Origin: a virus
Virus record (IMG/VR): IMGVR_UViG_3300044678_002717
Span: 9,600-73,599 of that record
DNA length: 64,000 nt
Strand: one strand, 5' to 3'
The stretch's first letter is position 1; the number at the start of each line of letters is the position of its first letter. The notes beneath the pieces are model-generated. The model was not told where the DNA came from and did no database searches. It was given only the letters and a program-made list of their open reading frames with translations. Below, piece by piece: positions 1 through 10,659 of this stretch. The position numbers and the translations under genes were made by a program.

Positions 1-2
1 TT

Positions 3-299
3 TCAATACCACCATCAGAAAAGACAAAAATTGGTGGGCCTATGTTGGTTAATGAAAATGTTGAAACAGTTAAATTAGGTGTATATATTGATGAATTAGA
101 TAAATTAGGTATTGATATAAAAAGAGGTGATTATATACTTTTTGATGATAACGATACTAAAAGATTTTACGAAATTAATACAATAACTAATTTTACAACA
201 TCAAATCAAATGTATAACTATAAGGCTTTCTATAATGATATTACAGCTACATATGTAAAAGAATATAGATTGCCACAAAATCTTAAAAATTTACTTTAA
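3..299 (+). CDS. 5'-truncated probable neck/head-closure protein (T4 gp14-like)
   Basis: Frame open from the window edge; 'ELDKLGIDIKRGDYI...FYEI' resembles head-tail connector proteins; lies near the head module. Confidence 0.45.
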   Translation, partial: SIPPSEKTKIGGPMLVNENVETVKLGVYIDELDKLGIDIKRGDYILFDDNDTKRFYEINTITNFTTSNQMYNYKAFYNDITATYVKEYRLPQNLKNLL

Positions 300-300
300 T

Positions 301-372
301 ATGGAAAATAAAAATTGTGGCTGTGGTAGTACTAAAAAACCAACAGTAATTGTAAAAAGACCTAGAAGATAA
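301..372 (+). CDS. 23-aa basic Cys peptide MENKNCGCGSTKKPTVIVKRPRR
   Basis: ATG at 301; TAA at 370-372 overlaps the next ATG (TAATG coupling); not in ORF track. Confidence 0.55.
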   Translation: MENKNCGCGSTKKPTVIVKRPRR

Positions 373-665
373 TGGAACACATATTATTATCATTATTTAT
401 TGGTTTCTGCTCTGCTCAGATAACCAAAGTAGCTGATTTTTCTTTTAATGAAGGAAATATATTAGATTGGTATTATATATTTTTATTAAAATATATTCAA
501 CCTATATCAAAAAAATTAGCTAAACCTCTTGGAACTTGTATTAAATGCTTTTCAGTATGGGTTTGTTTTTTAATTTTTTTAATATTTACTATATACCTTT
601 CTATACCTTGGTATTATATATTTTTGTCGCAAGGTATAAGTGCATTTATTATTTACAGAGAGTAA
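372..665 (+). CDS. Small membrane protein with CxxC-x-x-x-W (DUF1360-like)
   Basis: Hydrophobic segments and KPLGTCIKCFSVWV. Confidence 0.6.
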   Translation: MEHILLSLFIGFCSAQITKVADFSFNEGNILDWYYIFLLKYIQPISKKLAKPLGTCIKCFSVWVCFLIFLIFTIYLSIPWYYIFLSQGISAFIIYRE

Positions 666-1051
666 ATATATCTAGCATTATATTTTTTAACATACATTTT
701 AATTAACCTACCTGCGATAGCATTGGCGGTATCTTCTATTATACCACCAATATCGGGTATGCTACCATGTATCTTTCCTTGTAAATCTTGTTTTTGATGA
801 ACAAGTTCATGTGCAATAGTTCTAAGTATATCGGCTATTTGTCTTCCTTCATATATTGCATATACGCATTTATCTTTTGGATTATAACCACCTGTAGTTA
901 TATTCAAATGATTTTTTTTATTCATTAAAAAAATTTGAATATCATTTGTAATTTTAAGTTCTTTTTTACAGAACTTTAAAAACCTTCCCATGACTTTAAA
1001 TTTCTTAGGATTCAAATCATGAATTTTTTTTGAATAAGATATTTTAATCAT
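653..1051 (-). CDS. HExxH zinc metallopeptidase-like protein
   Basis: RTIAHELVHQKQ...EDTANA; preceded by the late motif ACTATTTATA. Confidence 0.7.
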   Translation of the reverse strand: MIKISYSKKIHDLNPKKFKVMGRFLKFCKKELKITNDIQIFLMNKKNHLNITTGGYNPKDKCVYAIYEGRQIADILRTIAHELVHQKQDLQGKIHGSIPDIGGIIEDTANAIAGRLIKMYVKKYNARYIYSL

Positions 1052-1071
1052 TTTTATTATAAATAGTAAAT

Positions 1072-1102
1072 AAAAAAAGGGTGGAATAAATCCACCCCTT
1101 TA
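1072..1102 (-). terminator. Intrinsic terminator after the major capsid gene
   Basis: AAAGGGTGGA-ataaa-TCCACCCTTT hairpin with a T-run on the minus strand. Confidence 0.8.
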
Positions 1103-1121
1103 ATTTTTATTCTAAGTTAGA

Positions 1122-2918
1122 TTAAGCAATTGTATCTAATAAGAATTCGCTTGGACCTACAGTTGGTAAGCCTTGAACTAATACTTTACCATAGAACCTG
1201 TTATTAACAACTTTCTTCGCATAACGAGTCATGATACCCATTACAGGTTTGAAGTCAGCAGGGTTAATGGTTTTAGGCATAAGCATCAACGGAACATATG
1301 GAGCGTAGATGTAACCTGCGTGGAAGATTGAATCTCCTTTGTGTCCTACAAGAACAACACCTGCCGGAGCATAAGCATCAACATATACTGTGTATCTGTT
1401 AGCTACATTACCAACTTTTTCAATACCTAAAGAGAACTTAGTTTCTTCAGCAGCAGCGTTAGAAGCGTGGAAATATTCAAGGTCATTGAAAAGAGCAGCG
1501 ATTTCAGGAGAACATACAACCCAATTAGCACCACCACGAAGAGTATACTTCATGATACGAGCAGAGATTTGGTTAATCTTGGTAATCAAATCTTGGTTGT
1601 AATCCTTACGAGTAATACCAAGCGCACCTGTAGAAGTGTTTAATCTTCTGTCATATGCACTATAGTCAAAATATTCAACATGTGAAGCAGATTTACGAAG
1701 GTCACGAAGGATTTCACGGTCAATTTCACCTGATACTACTTCAGAAAGAAGAGCAGTTAATTCAGCCTCAACATCAATTGAGTGGAATGCGTTAACATCT
1801 TGCTGAAGTTCAGGAGTGAAGGTAGCACCTAACATTCTCTTTTCAACAGAAACGTCAATAAAGTCAAAAGTGAAAGTTACTTGAGGAATGTTAGCATCTT
1901 CTTCCATAGAAGAATATGTTCTATAATTACCTGTAAAAGCAACTAGACCTGTGGCAGCAGTAAGCGGAGAGGCGGTGGTATAAAATGCATTTGCATCAAC
2001 ACCATAAACACCTATGTTAGATGGAGAATCAAATAAAAGTTCAAGTAAAACATAACTATTACGAGTTGTTACACCTGCTGAAGTAGTTCTACCAACTATT
2101 TGCTGACCATAAACTTGCATTGGCATTCTAAATGGAATAGACTGACCTGCTGTAATTTTATAAGTAGAGCCAAGAGGTGAATCTAAATCTCTATTAGCAG
2201 TAACTTTAAGACCCATTAAGAATGATTCAGTATCAATTGGCGCACCAATTGGACCTTGTAATTTACCTTGGTTAGTAATTGAAAAACCTGTTAATCTAAC
2301 AAGAATTCTTTGAGTAATACCTGCTGCACCTGAAATAGCAGAACCTGAAATAATCTGAAGTGCAGTATTAGCGGTAACGATTGTACCTTTAGTTCTATCA
2401 AACAAACCACCATCATCATCAAGATTACTTCCACTATTGTAGAAAGAATCATAAAGAGATGTAGTTTGGAACTGAGTACCTCCTGTTTTTATGTTAGAAG
2501 AATTGTAAGCGTTAGCAGCATTACTGTAAACACCATCAAATGGAGTATGAGCAGCACCAACAGAGTTATTAGTTCTAACAGAAATTTTAGGGTTAATGAA
2601 ATACAAACGACCAATTGGCATGTTCATAGCCTGAACTGATACGATTTCATTTGCAAGCAATTTTTGGAAAACACGTCTGATGATTGGAAACGCAACTGTC
2701 TCAAAAGAACCTGAAGATGTAGCATCTGTAGATTCGTTAATGAGATAAGAAGCTTGGTTCTCATACAATTGTGCAATGTTTTCTGCCATGTGACCTTCAA
2801 GGCCATCAAGCAATCCGAATTGATTCCACTTTTCGGTAATCAATTCACGTTGTTCACGAAGTTGCTTATACTCCTGACCAACTTTTCCTGAATTTAGGAT
2901 TTCGGTAATTCCGTACAT
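1122..2918 (-). CDS. Major capsid protein, T4 gp23 family
   Basis: FPIIRRVF, VSVQAMNMPIG, ELQQDVNAFHSIDVEAEL, EIDREI, AGYIYAPYVPL, FKPVMGIMTRYA. Confidence 0.97.
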   Translation of the reverse strand: MYGITEILNSGKVGQEYKQLREQRELITEKWNQFGLLDGLEGHMAENIAQLYENQASYLINESTDATSSGSFETVAFPIIRRVFQKLLANEIVSVQAMNMPIGRLYFINPKISVRTNNSVGAAHTPFDGVYSNAANAYNSSNIKTGGTQFQTTSLYDSFYNSGSNLDDDGGLFDRTKGTIVTANTALQIISGSAISGAAGITQRILVRLTGFSITNQGKLQGPIGAPIDTESFLMGLKVTANRDLDSPLGSTYKITAGQSIPFRMPMQVYGQQIVGRTTSAGVTTRNSYVLLELLFDSPSNIGVYGVDANAFYTTASPLTAATGLVAFTGNYRTYSSMEEDANIPQVTFTFDFIDVSVEKRMLGATFTPELQQDVNAFHSIDVEAELTALLSEVVSGEIDREILRDLRKSASHVEYFDYSAYDRRLNTSTGALGITRKDYNQDLITKINQISARIMKYTLRGGANWVVCSPEIAALFNDLEYFHASNAAAEETKFSLGIEKVGNVANRYTVYVDAYAPAGVVLVGHKGDSIFHAGYIYAPYVPLMLMPKTINPADFKPVMGIMTRYAKKVVNNRFYGKVLVQGLPTVGPSEFLLDTIA

Positions 2919-2971
2919 AATTTTTTAAGTTTTTTAATTTAATTTAAATAGTAAGATTTTTTCTGTTTTTA

Positions 2972-4618
2972 TTATTTCTTACCAAAATTATAGTTAAGTA
3001 ATTGTTTAAACCTATTAGATTCATCATTTTCATTGATTAAGTTCTTTTCTCTAACAATTGCATTGTCAGTTCTATGAACTTTACCAACTTTGTTTTGTAC
3101 TGATTCATTTAACATTGAACCATCTTTAACTATTTGCCTTTTTGCAAACTCATTTGTTAATGAGATATAGGTTTCTTTAATTTGTTCTTTAGTTTGTGCA
3201 TTTGCAAAACGATAAACAATTTCAGTTTTTTCGTTTTCTCTTAAAGGATTCTCAAGTAAAAACTTATTTACAAATCCTGCCTTTAATGCACTAATTGTTA
3301 CATCGTATACTTTATTTTCAAGTAATTTAATTTTATTTACAAAACCTTCTTGAAGTTTTGCATTTTGTTTTTCAAGTTCTTTAACTTTTTCGTGAAGAGT
3401 AGACATTTCTTTCATTTGGTATTCACCTTCTTCTAAACCTCTAACTCTTTTAGGCATTGCTTTTTGATTTTGTAAAGAAATTTCAGTTGACATACTCTCT
3501 TCCACTTGGTCTTCATCTTTTTCAGAATAAAGCATTTCATCAATTACAGCATCTTCTTCCATGTATTTTGATTCTTCAACACCATCATCTTCAAGTATTG
3601 ATTCCATTTCCATCAATTCCTCCATTGTCATTTCGCTAAATGCTTCTTCAAGTTCATCAGTATGATAGTTATGTATATCACCTTTAAAATGTCTGTGTTT
3701 TTCTTGAGTACGATAAGCAGCACCTTGTTCACTAGAAGGTACTTCTTCATCTAAATCCATTTCAGAAAGCATTTCGTTAATTTCTTCATCGGTTAATTGA
3801 TAACCTTCTTCAGGTATATCAATTTCATACATGATTTCTTCATCTATTTCTTCATCACCATAATCATCACCACCTTTACGGACATCAGCATATGGTTCAT
3901 ATTCTTTTTTAGGTTCATCAAAATATTGTTTTTCACGACTAGTTGGTTTATATTCTTTAGAACCTTTCATTCTCTGTGCAAATTCGTTATCAAATTTTTT
4001 TAATATCGGATTTTCTTCATCTTCAGGATAATTTTCTTCCATATAATCCTCTTCATAGTAATCTTCTTCCATATTATAATCTTCTTTAACAACAAATGAA
4101 TCTGACTCATCCATATTATAATATGCTTCAACTAATTTATTAAAACTAACATCTCTTAAATCTTTAAGAACTTCTTTTTTATTATTTTTCATATTTTTTG
4201 TATTTCTAAATTTTGATTCTGCTATAACTTTTTCATCAACTTTTACTGACATGAAATCTTTTTCATCACCTTCTTCATCATCGAAGGTAATGTCTTCATC
4301 ATCTTCTTCCTCTTTATCTTCTTCATCACCTTCTTCCTCATCCTCATCATCTTCTTCCTCATCATCTTTAGAAGGTTCTTCTAAATCTTCACCTTCATCA
4401 TCATCTTCTTTTTTATCAGATGGTTTTTCTTCTTTGTCATCAGTTTTTTCTTCTTCAGCACCTTCTGAAATTAATTTTTCAAATAATGCAGCAGATTTTT
4501 TTTCAAGTAAGTCAGCACTTTCATTAATCAATTGCTCTTTGGCAAGTTCCAAAGATTCATTTTTAATATTTTCTAGTTCTTGCAAACTATCTTGTAATAA
4601 AGATTTTTTATTTTCCAT
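2972..4618 (-). CDS. Prohead core/scaffold protein (gp22-like)
   Basis: Extremely acidic and coiled-coil; lies between protease and capsid genes; many L/I/M-x-E sites. Confidence 0.8.
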   Translation of the reverse strand: MENKKSLLQDSLQELENIKNESLELAKEQLINESADLLEKKSAALFEKLISEGAEEEKTDDKEEKPSDKKEDDDEGEDLEEPSKDDEEEDDEDEEEGDEEDKEEEDDEDITFDDEEGDEKDFMSVKVDEKVIAESKFRNTKNMKNNKKEVLKDLRDVSFNKLVEAYYNMDESDSFVVKEDYNMEEDYYEEDYMEENYPEDEENPILKKFDNEFAQRMKGSKEYKPTSREKQYFDEPKKEYEPYADVRKGGDDYGDEEIDEEIMYEIDIPEEGYQLTDEEINEMLSEMDLDEEVPSSEQGAAYRTQEKHRHFKGDIHNYHTDELEEAFSEMTMEELMEMESILEDDGVEESKYMEEDAVIDEMLYSEKDEDQVEESMSTEISLQNQKAMPKRVRGLEEGEYQMKEMSTLHEKVKELEKQNAKLQEGFVNKIKLLENKVYDVTISALKAGFVNKFLLENPLRENEKTEIVYRFANAQTKEQIKETYISLTNEFAKRQIVKDGSMLNESVQNKVGKVHRTDNAIVREKNLINENDESNRFKQLLNYNFGKK

Positions 4619-4653
4619 TTTATTTTATTATCTATATTTAATTAGTAAAAAAA

Positions 4654-5355
4654 TTAACCACCAATTATTTTTCTTATTGAATCATCATATTTTTTTACAT
4701 TATTGTTTATTTCTTCAACAGATTCTCTTAATGGTTCATCTTTTGTTTCTAAAAATAAATAAGCATTAGGTGTTGATGGTGTAGCAACAAGGTCAAAACA
4801 AATTAATTCAAAATCATCTTGAACAATATTTTTTCCACCTACTTTTTTAACACTACCTAATCCTCTTGAAGAAATACCAAGTTTAAGATTTCTTTGTAAA
4901 TACAATGCAATTTTATCACCGATTGTCCAACCAAGACCTTCTCTTAAAAATGAATCACTAACGATAATATCAAGAGTTCCATAAACTGCATTACCTGACC
5001 ACCAAGTTTTTGCAATTCTATGTGATATATTTTGTAAAGAAATTGTAACTGATTCGGGATGGTCTGCTTCATTAAGTGCTGCATTGTCGTTAATTAATTT
5101 TTGATATTCTTCTATTTGTCTTTCAAGAATTAGTCTTGGATAAACTCTACCGTTTCTATTTAAAACATCAGCCTCTTGAAGTTTACAATCAATATAGAAA
5201 TGACCATCAAAATCATCTTTTTTTGCTCTGATATTTAAATCTTCAAAAACTTTTTTATTATGGATTGTTAAATCATTACTAATGATACCTGCATCAGTTT
5301 CTACTAATAAACCATATCCTTCCTGCCCTTCTTTTAGTAGTTGTATATTAGTCAT
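4654..5355 (-). CDS. Prohead core protease, T4 gp21 family
   Basis: NRNGRVYP, EADHP, SHRI, LGISSRGLGS, FDLVATPSTPNAY. Confidence 0.95.
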   Translation of the reverse strand: MTNIQLLKEGQEGYGLLVETDAGIISNDLTIHNKKVFEDLNIRAKKDDFDGHFYIDCKLQEADVLNRNGRVYPRLILERQIEEYQKLINDNAALNEADHPESVTISLQNISHRIAKTWWSGNAVYGTLDIIVSDSFLREGLGWTIGDKIALYLQRNLKLGISSRGLGSVKKVGGKNIVQDDFELICFDLVATPSTPNAYLFLETKDEPLRESVEEINNNVKKYDDSIRKIIGG

Positions 5356-6119
5356 TAATTATTTGAATTTAAATTTTTGATTTCAAAAAGTTTTGAAAAA
5401 TTATTTATAGCTGTTTCAGAATTGTATTCTAAAGTATCAATAAAATTAAATGTTTCAGTTAGAACTTCTGAACTAATATTATCTTTTTCTTTTAATAAAA
5501 AATTTTTTGTTGATTTTTTATAATTTTCAAAAATAACTTTCTTATTTTTTTCATCACCTTTTATAAAAGTTGAAATTATTTCCATTTCATCTTGCTCAAG
5601 ATTTGAAAACTTTTCCTCTAATTTCTTTTTTGCTAAATTAAAAACATGACTAATTTTAAAATTATTATCAGATTTTTTTAATTGAGTTTCATCTTTTTTA
5701 GTTAAAGACTCAATTAAAAAATTTACTGATTCATGTAATTTATTAACATTAGTGATTTTTTTAAATACACTTTCGTTAATAACATTTTCAATATTTTTAT
5801 TTAAATTAATTTTATCTTCTGATAATTCTATTTCTTTTAAATCAAACTTTTTAAGTTTTTTATTTTCTTTTAGTAAAACATCTTTGTCAATTTTGGATAA
5901 AGCTGAAATATTAGCTTCAATAAATCTTAATGATTCGTTATAATCTAAATTATGTTTTTTTAAATTCTCATAAATTGTGTATTCTAACATTAGAACAGGA
6001 GATGATTTAATTGTTTTTAAAAACTCTTCATATAGTTTTTTATACTTGCTAGTATTTTCAATTAAATCTTGAGAATAAGCTTTATTTAATTTTGACTTGA
6101 CATTACCAAAATTTACCAT
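5355..6119 (-). CDS. Head-module hypothetical protein (possible prohead core component)
   Basis: Between portal and protease; late motif at 6136-6145; several LxE/IxE sites. Confidence 0.6.
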   Translation of the reverse strand: MVNFGNVKSKLNKAYSQDLIENTSKYKKLYEEFLKTIKSSPVLMLEYTIYENLKKHNLDYNESLRFIEANISALSKIDKDVLLKENKKLKKFDLKEIELSEDKINLNKNIENVINESVFKKITNVNKLHESVNFLIESLTKKDETQLKKSDNNFKISHVFNLAKKKLEEKFSNLEQDEMEIISTFIKGDEKNKKVIFENYKKSTKNFLLKEKDNISSEVLTETFNFIDTLEYNSETAINNFSKLFEIKNLNSNN

Positions 6120-6153
6120 TTTTTTTAGTGTTTAATATAAATAGTAAAAATTA

Positions 6154-7959
6154 TTATTCTTTTATTAAAGTAGTTAATTCATTGGTCTTTTTAAATATTT
6201 CTTCACTTAAAAATCCTGCACCGCCACTTGCACCGCCACTTGCACCGCCACCTGCACCGCCACCTGCTTCAGGTCCACCGCCCATAGGAGGTGCGCCACC
6301 ACCCATTTCAGGCCCACCACCCATTGGAGGACCACCTAAAGGACCACCAAGACTATTATCAATTTGTTGTTGTTCACCACCTTGAGGTTGTGTTTCAACA
6401 TTAAATCCTGCATTTTTATACTTAATCATCTTATCCATTAGACCTGAAGATTTAAGTAACATACCTGCTCCTTTAACTTCTTCACCAATCTTAGATTCAA
6501 GCATTTGTTCTTGTAAGTCATTAATAATATCTTCTTCAGACATATGGAAGAATTTCTTTCTTGCCATCATTTCTGACATTGGTTTTAATCCTGTATTTTG
6601 ATTTGGTGTTGTAGCAGCCTGATATACTTCTAATTTAGATTTCCAAATTTCAAGTTGCAACAAATCTGATGCTGTTGATGGATTATTAAGTGATAATTTA
6701 AAATCATCAATATATGATTCATAATCACCACCAAGTAAACCTAAATGAATAATTGCAATTTTATTAAGTTCAGCAATCAATGCTTGTTGGATACGATTTA
6801 CTTTTCTTGCAAAACGAATATCAAGCATTGATAAGTTTTTACCTTCTCCTGATGCTTGGTCAGAAGAAAATCCAAGTAATGTTTTATGAATACCTAATCC
6901 TGTAAATAAATTATCACGAAGATAATTAATATCAGAAATTGCTTCAAGATTAGCTGCTCCCGGAAGTGTATCAACAAATTGTCCTGATGTATTACCTCTA
7001 TCAGCAATAAATATATCTTCATCCATTGATGCAATATTATATTTAAAGTTAATATCACCTGTTTTAGGGTCAACTAATTTCTTTTTCTTTACATTATTAG
7101 CAAATGCTTCAAGAATTTGTGGTACATCTTCAGGTGGAACATTACCAACAGGAACTTTATAAATTCTTCTTTCTGCTGCTCTTGTGATACGATAGACCAT
7201 CATCGCATCTTCCATCATAAAGAGTTGTTTATATGTTCTTCTTACTTTTTCATACACACTACAACCATATGGAAGTCTATCACCTACACCTAGCAATCTA
7301 AAATGAGCAATTTGATAATCCATATATTCTTCTTCACCACCTGAATTTGGGTCTTTATATTTGAAGAATGCTCTGAATCTATTTTTAGTATCATACTTTT
7401 CATTTCTTTCAACAAACTGTGATGCAAGTTGTCTAAAATCTACAATACCATTTTCTTTTGATAATTCAAGAAATACAAAGTTATCACCAAATTGACACAT
7501 ATTTCTACACCATTGAAATAAATGTGTATTAACATCCATAACTTTATAAAAAAATCTTTCAAGTTCTTTTTTAACCTTATCAGAAGAACAATAAATATTT
7601 AGAATTTGTCCATTATCACTTTTAGTTGTAGTTGCTTCTTCAGACAATAAATCTAAAGCTGCTCCTAAAATTGGATAACCATCCATTGATAGATAATCAT
7701 AGTAGAGCATCATTCTACTAGATTCATACATCAACTTGCGTTGGTCATTACCTTTATCAATTTTAGTGCTTTGGGTTCTATAAAACTTTATAGCACCATC
7801 TTCTACTGCTGTTTTAATAGCATCATCTTGCGAGGCTGCTGTAATAAATTCTTTTTCTATTGGTGCTTCAAGTCTACCTTGTGTACTATCTAAAGCATCA
7901 GTTGCTCTTCTAAAGAAAGTATTAATATTTGAAAATAGACCTTTATTATCTTCTGCCAT
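6154..7959 (-). CDS. Portal vertex protein, T4 gp20 family
   Basis: QLFMMEDAMMVYRITRAAERRIY, DTLPGAANL, DIRFARKVNRIQ; Gly/Pro-rich C-terminal tail. Confidence 0.95.
   Translation of the reverse strand: MAEDNKGLFSNINTFFRRATDALDSTQGRLEAPIEKEFITAASQDDAIKTAVEDGAIKFYRTQSTKIDKGNDQRKLMYESSRMMLYYDYLSMDGYPILGAALDLLSEEATTTKSDNGQILNIYCSSDKVKKELERFFYKVMDVNTHLFQWCRNMCQFGDNFVFLELSKENGIVDFRQLASQFVERNEKYDTKNRFRAFFKYKDPNSGGEEEYMDYQIAHFRLLGVGDRLPYGCSVYEKVRRTYKQLFMMEDAMMVYRITRAAERRIYKVPVGNVPPEDVPQILEAFANNVKKKKLVDPKTGDINFKYNIASMDEDIFIADRGNTSGQFVDTLPGAANLEAISDINYLRDNLFTGLGIHKTLLGFSSDQASGEGKNLSMLDIRFARKVNRIQQALIAELNKIAIIHLGLLGGDYESYIDDFKLSLNNPSTASDLLQLEIWKSKLEVYQAATTPNQNTGLKPMSEMMARKKFFHMSEEDIINDLQEQMLESKIGEEVKGAGMLLKSSGLMDKMIKYKNAGFNVETQPQGGEQQQIDNSLGGPLGGPPMGGGPEMGGGAPPMGGGPEAGGGAGGGASGGASGGAGFLSEEIFKKTNELTTLIKE
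6217..6265. repeat. 12-bp coding tandem repeat (TGCACCGCCACY x4) in the portal tail
   Basis: Encodes GGGA/SGGA repeats. Confidence 0.8.
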
Positions 7960-7999
7960 AATTAATAAAATACGTTTTTCTTAAATAGATACAAATATT

Positions 8000-9778
8000 T
8001 TATCTGACAAATATGTAAGGATTATTATTTATCTTTGGTGTTTGACGTTCAGGTATTTCAATACTATTACCATTTGTATACCAATCCTTTCCTTTTAGCA
8101 TATCGTTCTTTCTTTCATAATTTGCGTCTTGACCATCTTGACTTAACATCTTCTTTTGGAATTCAGTATTTGCATCAGTAAATTCATCACCCTTTCTAAT
8201 TATTGCTGATTTTGCATAATTTAAATAAATATTAAATTCATTTCCAATAGTTTTTGAAAACATATAAACTGCAAACAACATACCTGTTGCAATCAATAAG
8301 TCATCATGCGCTGAACGCATATGGTCATATCTATTTGTACTATCATTAAATACAAATGTTTTAATTTCACTCAGTAATCTAATTGAATGAATTAATGCTT
8401 CACCTTCTCTTAATCTTCTTTCAAATTCTCTAATTACATAATCACGAATTGCACCGCTTTTCATTGTAAATCCCGGTTGTAATTCACCTCTTTGTAAATT
8501 CTTTAACTGAATTTTTACATCATTTTGTCTTGGTCTATCGTAATGTATTTTTTTATATTTTTTATTAACCAAATATCTAATAACTGATATACCCCAACCT
8601 CCTGTAACATCAATAATTACATAAGCATTATTATATTTTTCTCCATATTGCAAACATAATTCACCCATTACTTCAAGCGGAACTCTTGATTGATATTCAG
8701 CTACTTGAACAAGTAACATATTTGCCATATCATTTTTAAATATTTGAATAGTAGAATAGTCACCATCACCACTACCTTTTGCAACGTCACAAGCTAAATA
8801 ATAATCATAACCAAATATTGGGTCTTCCCATATCCAAAAATGATTATCATATTCAGTTCTAATTGGTTCTTTACAAGTTTTTTCAATCCTCATAATGGTT
8901 TCCTCATCAACAAGGTTACCACCTGAACCTAAGAACTTATTTTCTAACTCTTGTGCAATCTTTCTTGGGTCATTATTGAATGTTTGACACATATCTCTAA
9001 ACCAAGAAGATGATGGTCTATAACCACCAACTCTTAATTGCATATATTTTTCAGGGTCTTTTTCCTCAATAAATTCATCACCTCTAATCCAAATTAAATC
9101 TTCATTATAACGAGGGTCTTCAAACCAATTGATTTCAACAACTTTAAAGTTATTTTTTCCTGTTCTTGCACCTTCATAACGAGCATAATATGTTGGGTCA
9201 AGACCTCTTGGTGTTGAGTTTAATATAATCTGACCACCTGCTGACATTGTACCTGATGCAGAAGACATAAATTCTTCACCTTCTTCAAGGAAGGCTGCTT
9301 CATCAATAAAAAGTATATCAGGTGTAAAACCACGAAGACCATCAGCAGATGCTGCGAAAGCTTGTAGTGTAGCACCATTATTATAAATCTTAATTTCTTT
9401 TGTATCTGAATCGGTTGGTATTCTATTAAATATCTCTCTTGGTAAATTATTAATGATTGATGCTATTTGATAGAAGATACTTTCCTTTGCAAGTTTTAAT
9501 TTGTTAGCTGCAACACCTACTTTAATATCTTTTCTAAAAACTAATGAATGTGCCAAATATAAACAAGTCACAGTTGTAATACCACCCTGACGATATTTTG
9601 CAACTAAAACTCTATTACTTGATTTATAAGTTTCTAATACTTGTATTTGTTGTGGTAATAATTGAAATGCCACAAACTGTTGTTTTTTCTTATCCCAAAC
9701 TTTACAATATTTTTTTGCAAAGTACTCTATATCAATAGCGCACTTGGCATACTCCATCATCAATTCATTTTTGGTCAT
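8000..9778 (-). CDS. terL: Terminase large subunit, T4 gp17 family
   Basis: Walker A KYRQGGIT, Walker B LFIDEAAF, NSTPRG, nuclease CDVAKG..DYS and HDDL. Confidence 0.95.
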   Translation of the reverse strand: MTKNELMMEYAKCAIDIEYFAKKYCKVWDKKKQQFVAFQLLPQQIQVLETYKSSNRVLVAKYRQGGITTVTCLYLAHSLVFRKDIKVGVAANKLKLAKESIFYQIASIINNLPREIFNRIPTDSDTKEIKIYNNGATLQAFAASADGLRGFTPDILFIDEAAFLEEGEEFMSSASGTMSAGGQIILNSTPRGLDPTYYARYEGARTGKNNFKVVEINWFEDPRYNEDLIWIRGDEFIEEKDPEKYMQLRVGGYRPSSSWFRDMCQTFNNDPRKIAQELENKFLGSGGNLVDEETIMRIEKTCKEPIRTEYDNHFWIWEDPIFGYDYYLACDVAKGSGDGDYSTIQIFKNDMANMLLVQVAEYQSRVPLEVMGELCLQYGEKYNNAYVIIDVTGGWGISVIRYLVNKKYKKIHYDRPRQNDVKIQLKNLQRGELQPGFTMKSGAIRDYVIREFERRLREGEALIHSIRLLSEIKTFVFNDSTNRYDHMRSAHDDLLIATGMLFAVYMFSKTIGNEFNIYLNYAKSAIIRKGDEFTDANTEFQKKMLSQDGQDANYERKNDMLKGKDWYTNGNSIEIPERQTPKINNNPYIFVR

Positions 9779-9793
9779 GGGATTTTATTTTAA

Positions 9794-10231
9794 TTAGTCT
9801 TCAAACTTAATATCATTGTTTATCAATACTTCACGAACATCATAATATGAATCGCCATATCTAAAAACAACAAGATTTTTGTTTAATGAAGACATTTTTC
9901 TATAATCCTCAACATACTCCCATGCTAACGCTACAACACCAAATACAGCATCAAGCATTCTAAATTCCCCTGAATCAACAATACAATCAAATTCAATTGA
10001 ATCTGATGTAACTTCCATTACTTTTTTAATGAATCCTTTTCTTGGTGGATAAACACCTAAATCACATATATCTTCCCATTGAGGACCAATACAATCATCA
10101 GGATTATTTGAAAATATAAATTCTAATTTTTGTGAACCATTATGCGTTTCACCAACAGGATTTACATAAACTAATTTTAAATTCTCTTCTTGAACCTTAA
10201 TAGGTTCGATATTGATATATTCTTTTTCCAT
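9794..10231 (-). CDS. Hypothetical protein upstream of terL
   Basis: 145-aa ORF co-oriented in the head operon. Confidence 0.75.
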   Translation of the reverse strand: MEKEYINIEPIKVQEENLKLVYVNPVGETHNGSQKLEFIFSNNPDDCIGPQWEDICDLGVYPPRKGFIKKVMEVTSDSIEFDCIVDSGEFRMLDAVFGVVALAWEYVEDYRKMSSLNKNLVVFRYGDSYYDVREVLINNDIKFED

Positions 10232-10247
10232 AAATAAATAATAAAAA

Positions 10248-10658
10248 TTATTTCTTTTCTAGAAATCTAGTAAAGAAATCATCTAACTTCTTAGTGTGTT
10301 CATTTAAGTTTTGAAGTGTTGCTTCTAACTTAGTAATAGCTTCCGTATTTTTTTGAATCATTAATTGAAACTTATCATTATTTTCTTTTTCAGTATCAAA
10401 TAATTCATCAATTAACTTATTCATTTTACTATCAGAATTTTCCAATATTGCTATTCTTGTTTTAATTTCTGATATATCATTACTTATTTTATCAAAAGTT
10501 TCATTTTGAGATTTTTTATTCTCTTCTAAACTATTGATTTTATTTTGCAAAACAGGAATTACAAATACATATGTTAATATAGTACCAATTATTGCAGACA
10601 AAGCTGCAAAAATAATCTGAGTACCCGATGGCATTATTTGTAATAACAACGCTAACAT
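10248..10658 (-). CDS. Membrane-anchored coiled-coil protein (possibly holin-like)
   Basis: N-terminal TM helix followed by heptad-rich region. Confidence 0.55.
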   Translation of the reverse strand: MLALLLQIMPSGTQIIFAALSAIIGTILTYVFVIPVLQNKINSLEENKKSQNETFDKISNDISEIKTRIAILENSDSKMNKLIDELFDTEKENNDKFQLMIQKNTEAITKLEATLQNLNEHTKKLDDFFTRFLEKK

Positions 10659-10659
10659 A

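Noticed and set aside
4251-4769. Ser-rich ORF on + strand
   Set aside because: Antisense shadow of the Glu/Asp-rich scaffold gene
6128-6385. Pro-rich ORF on + strand
   Set aside because: Antisense shadow of the Gly-rich portal tail
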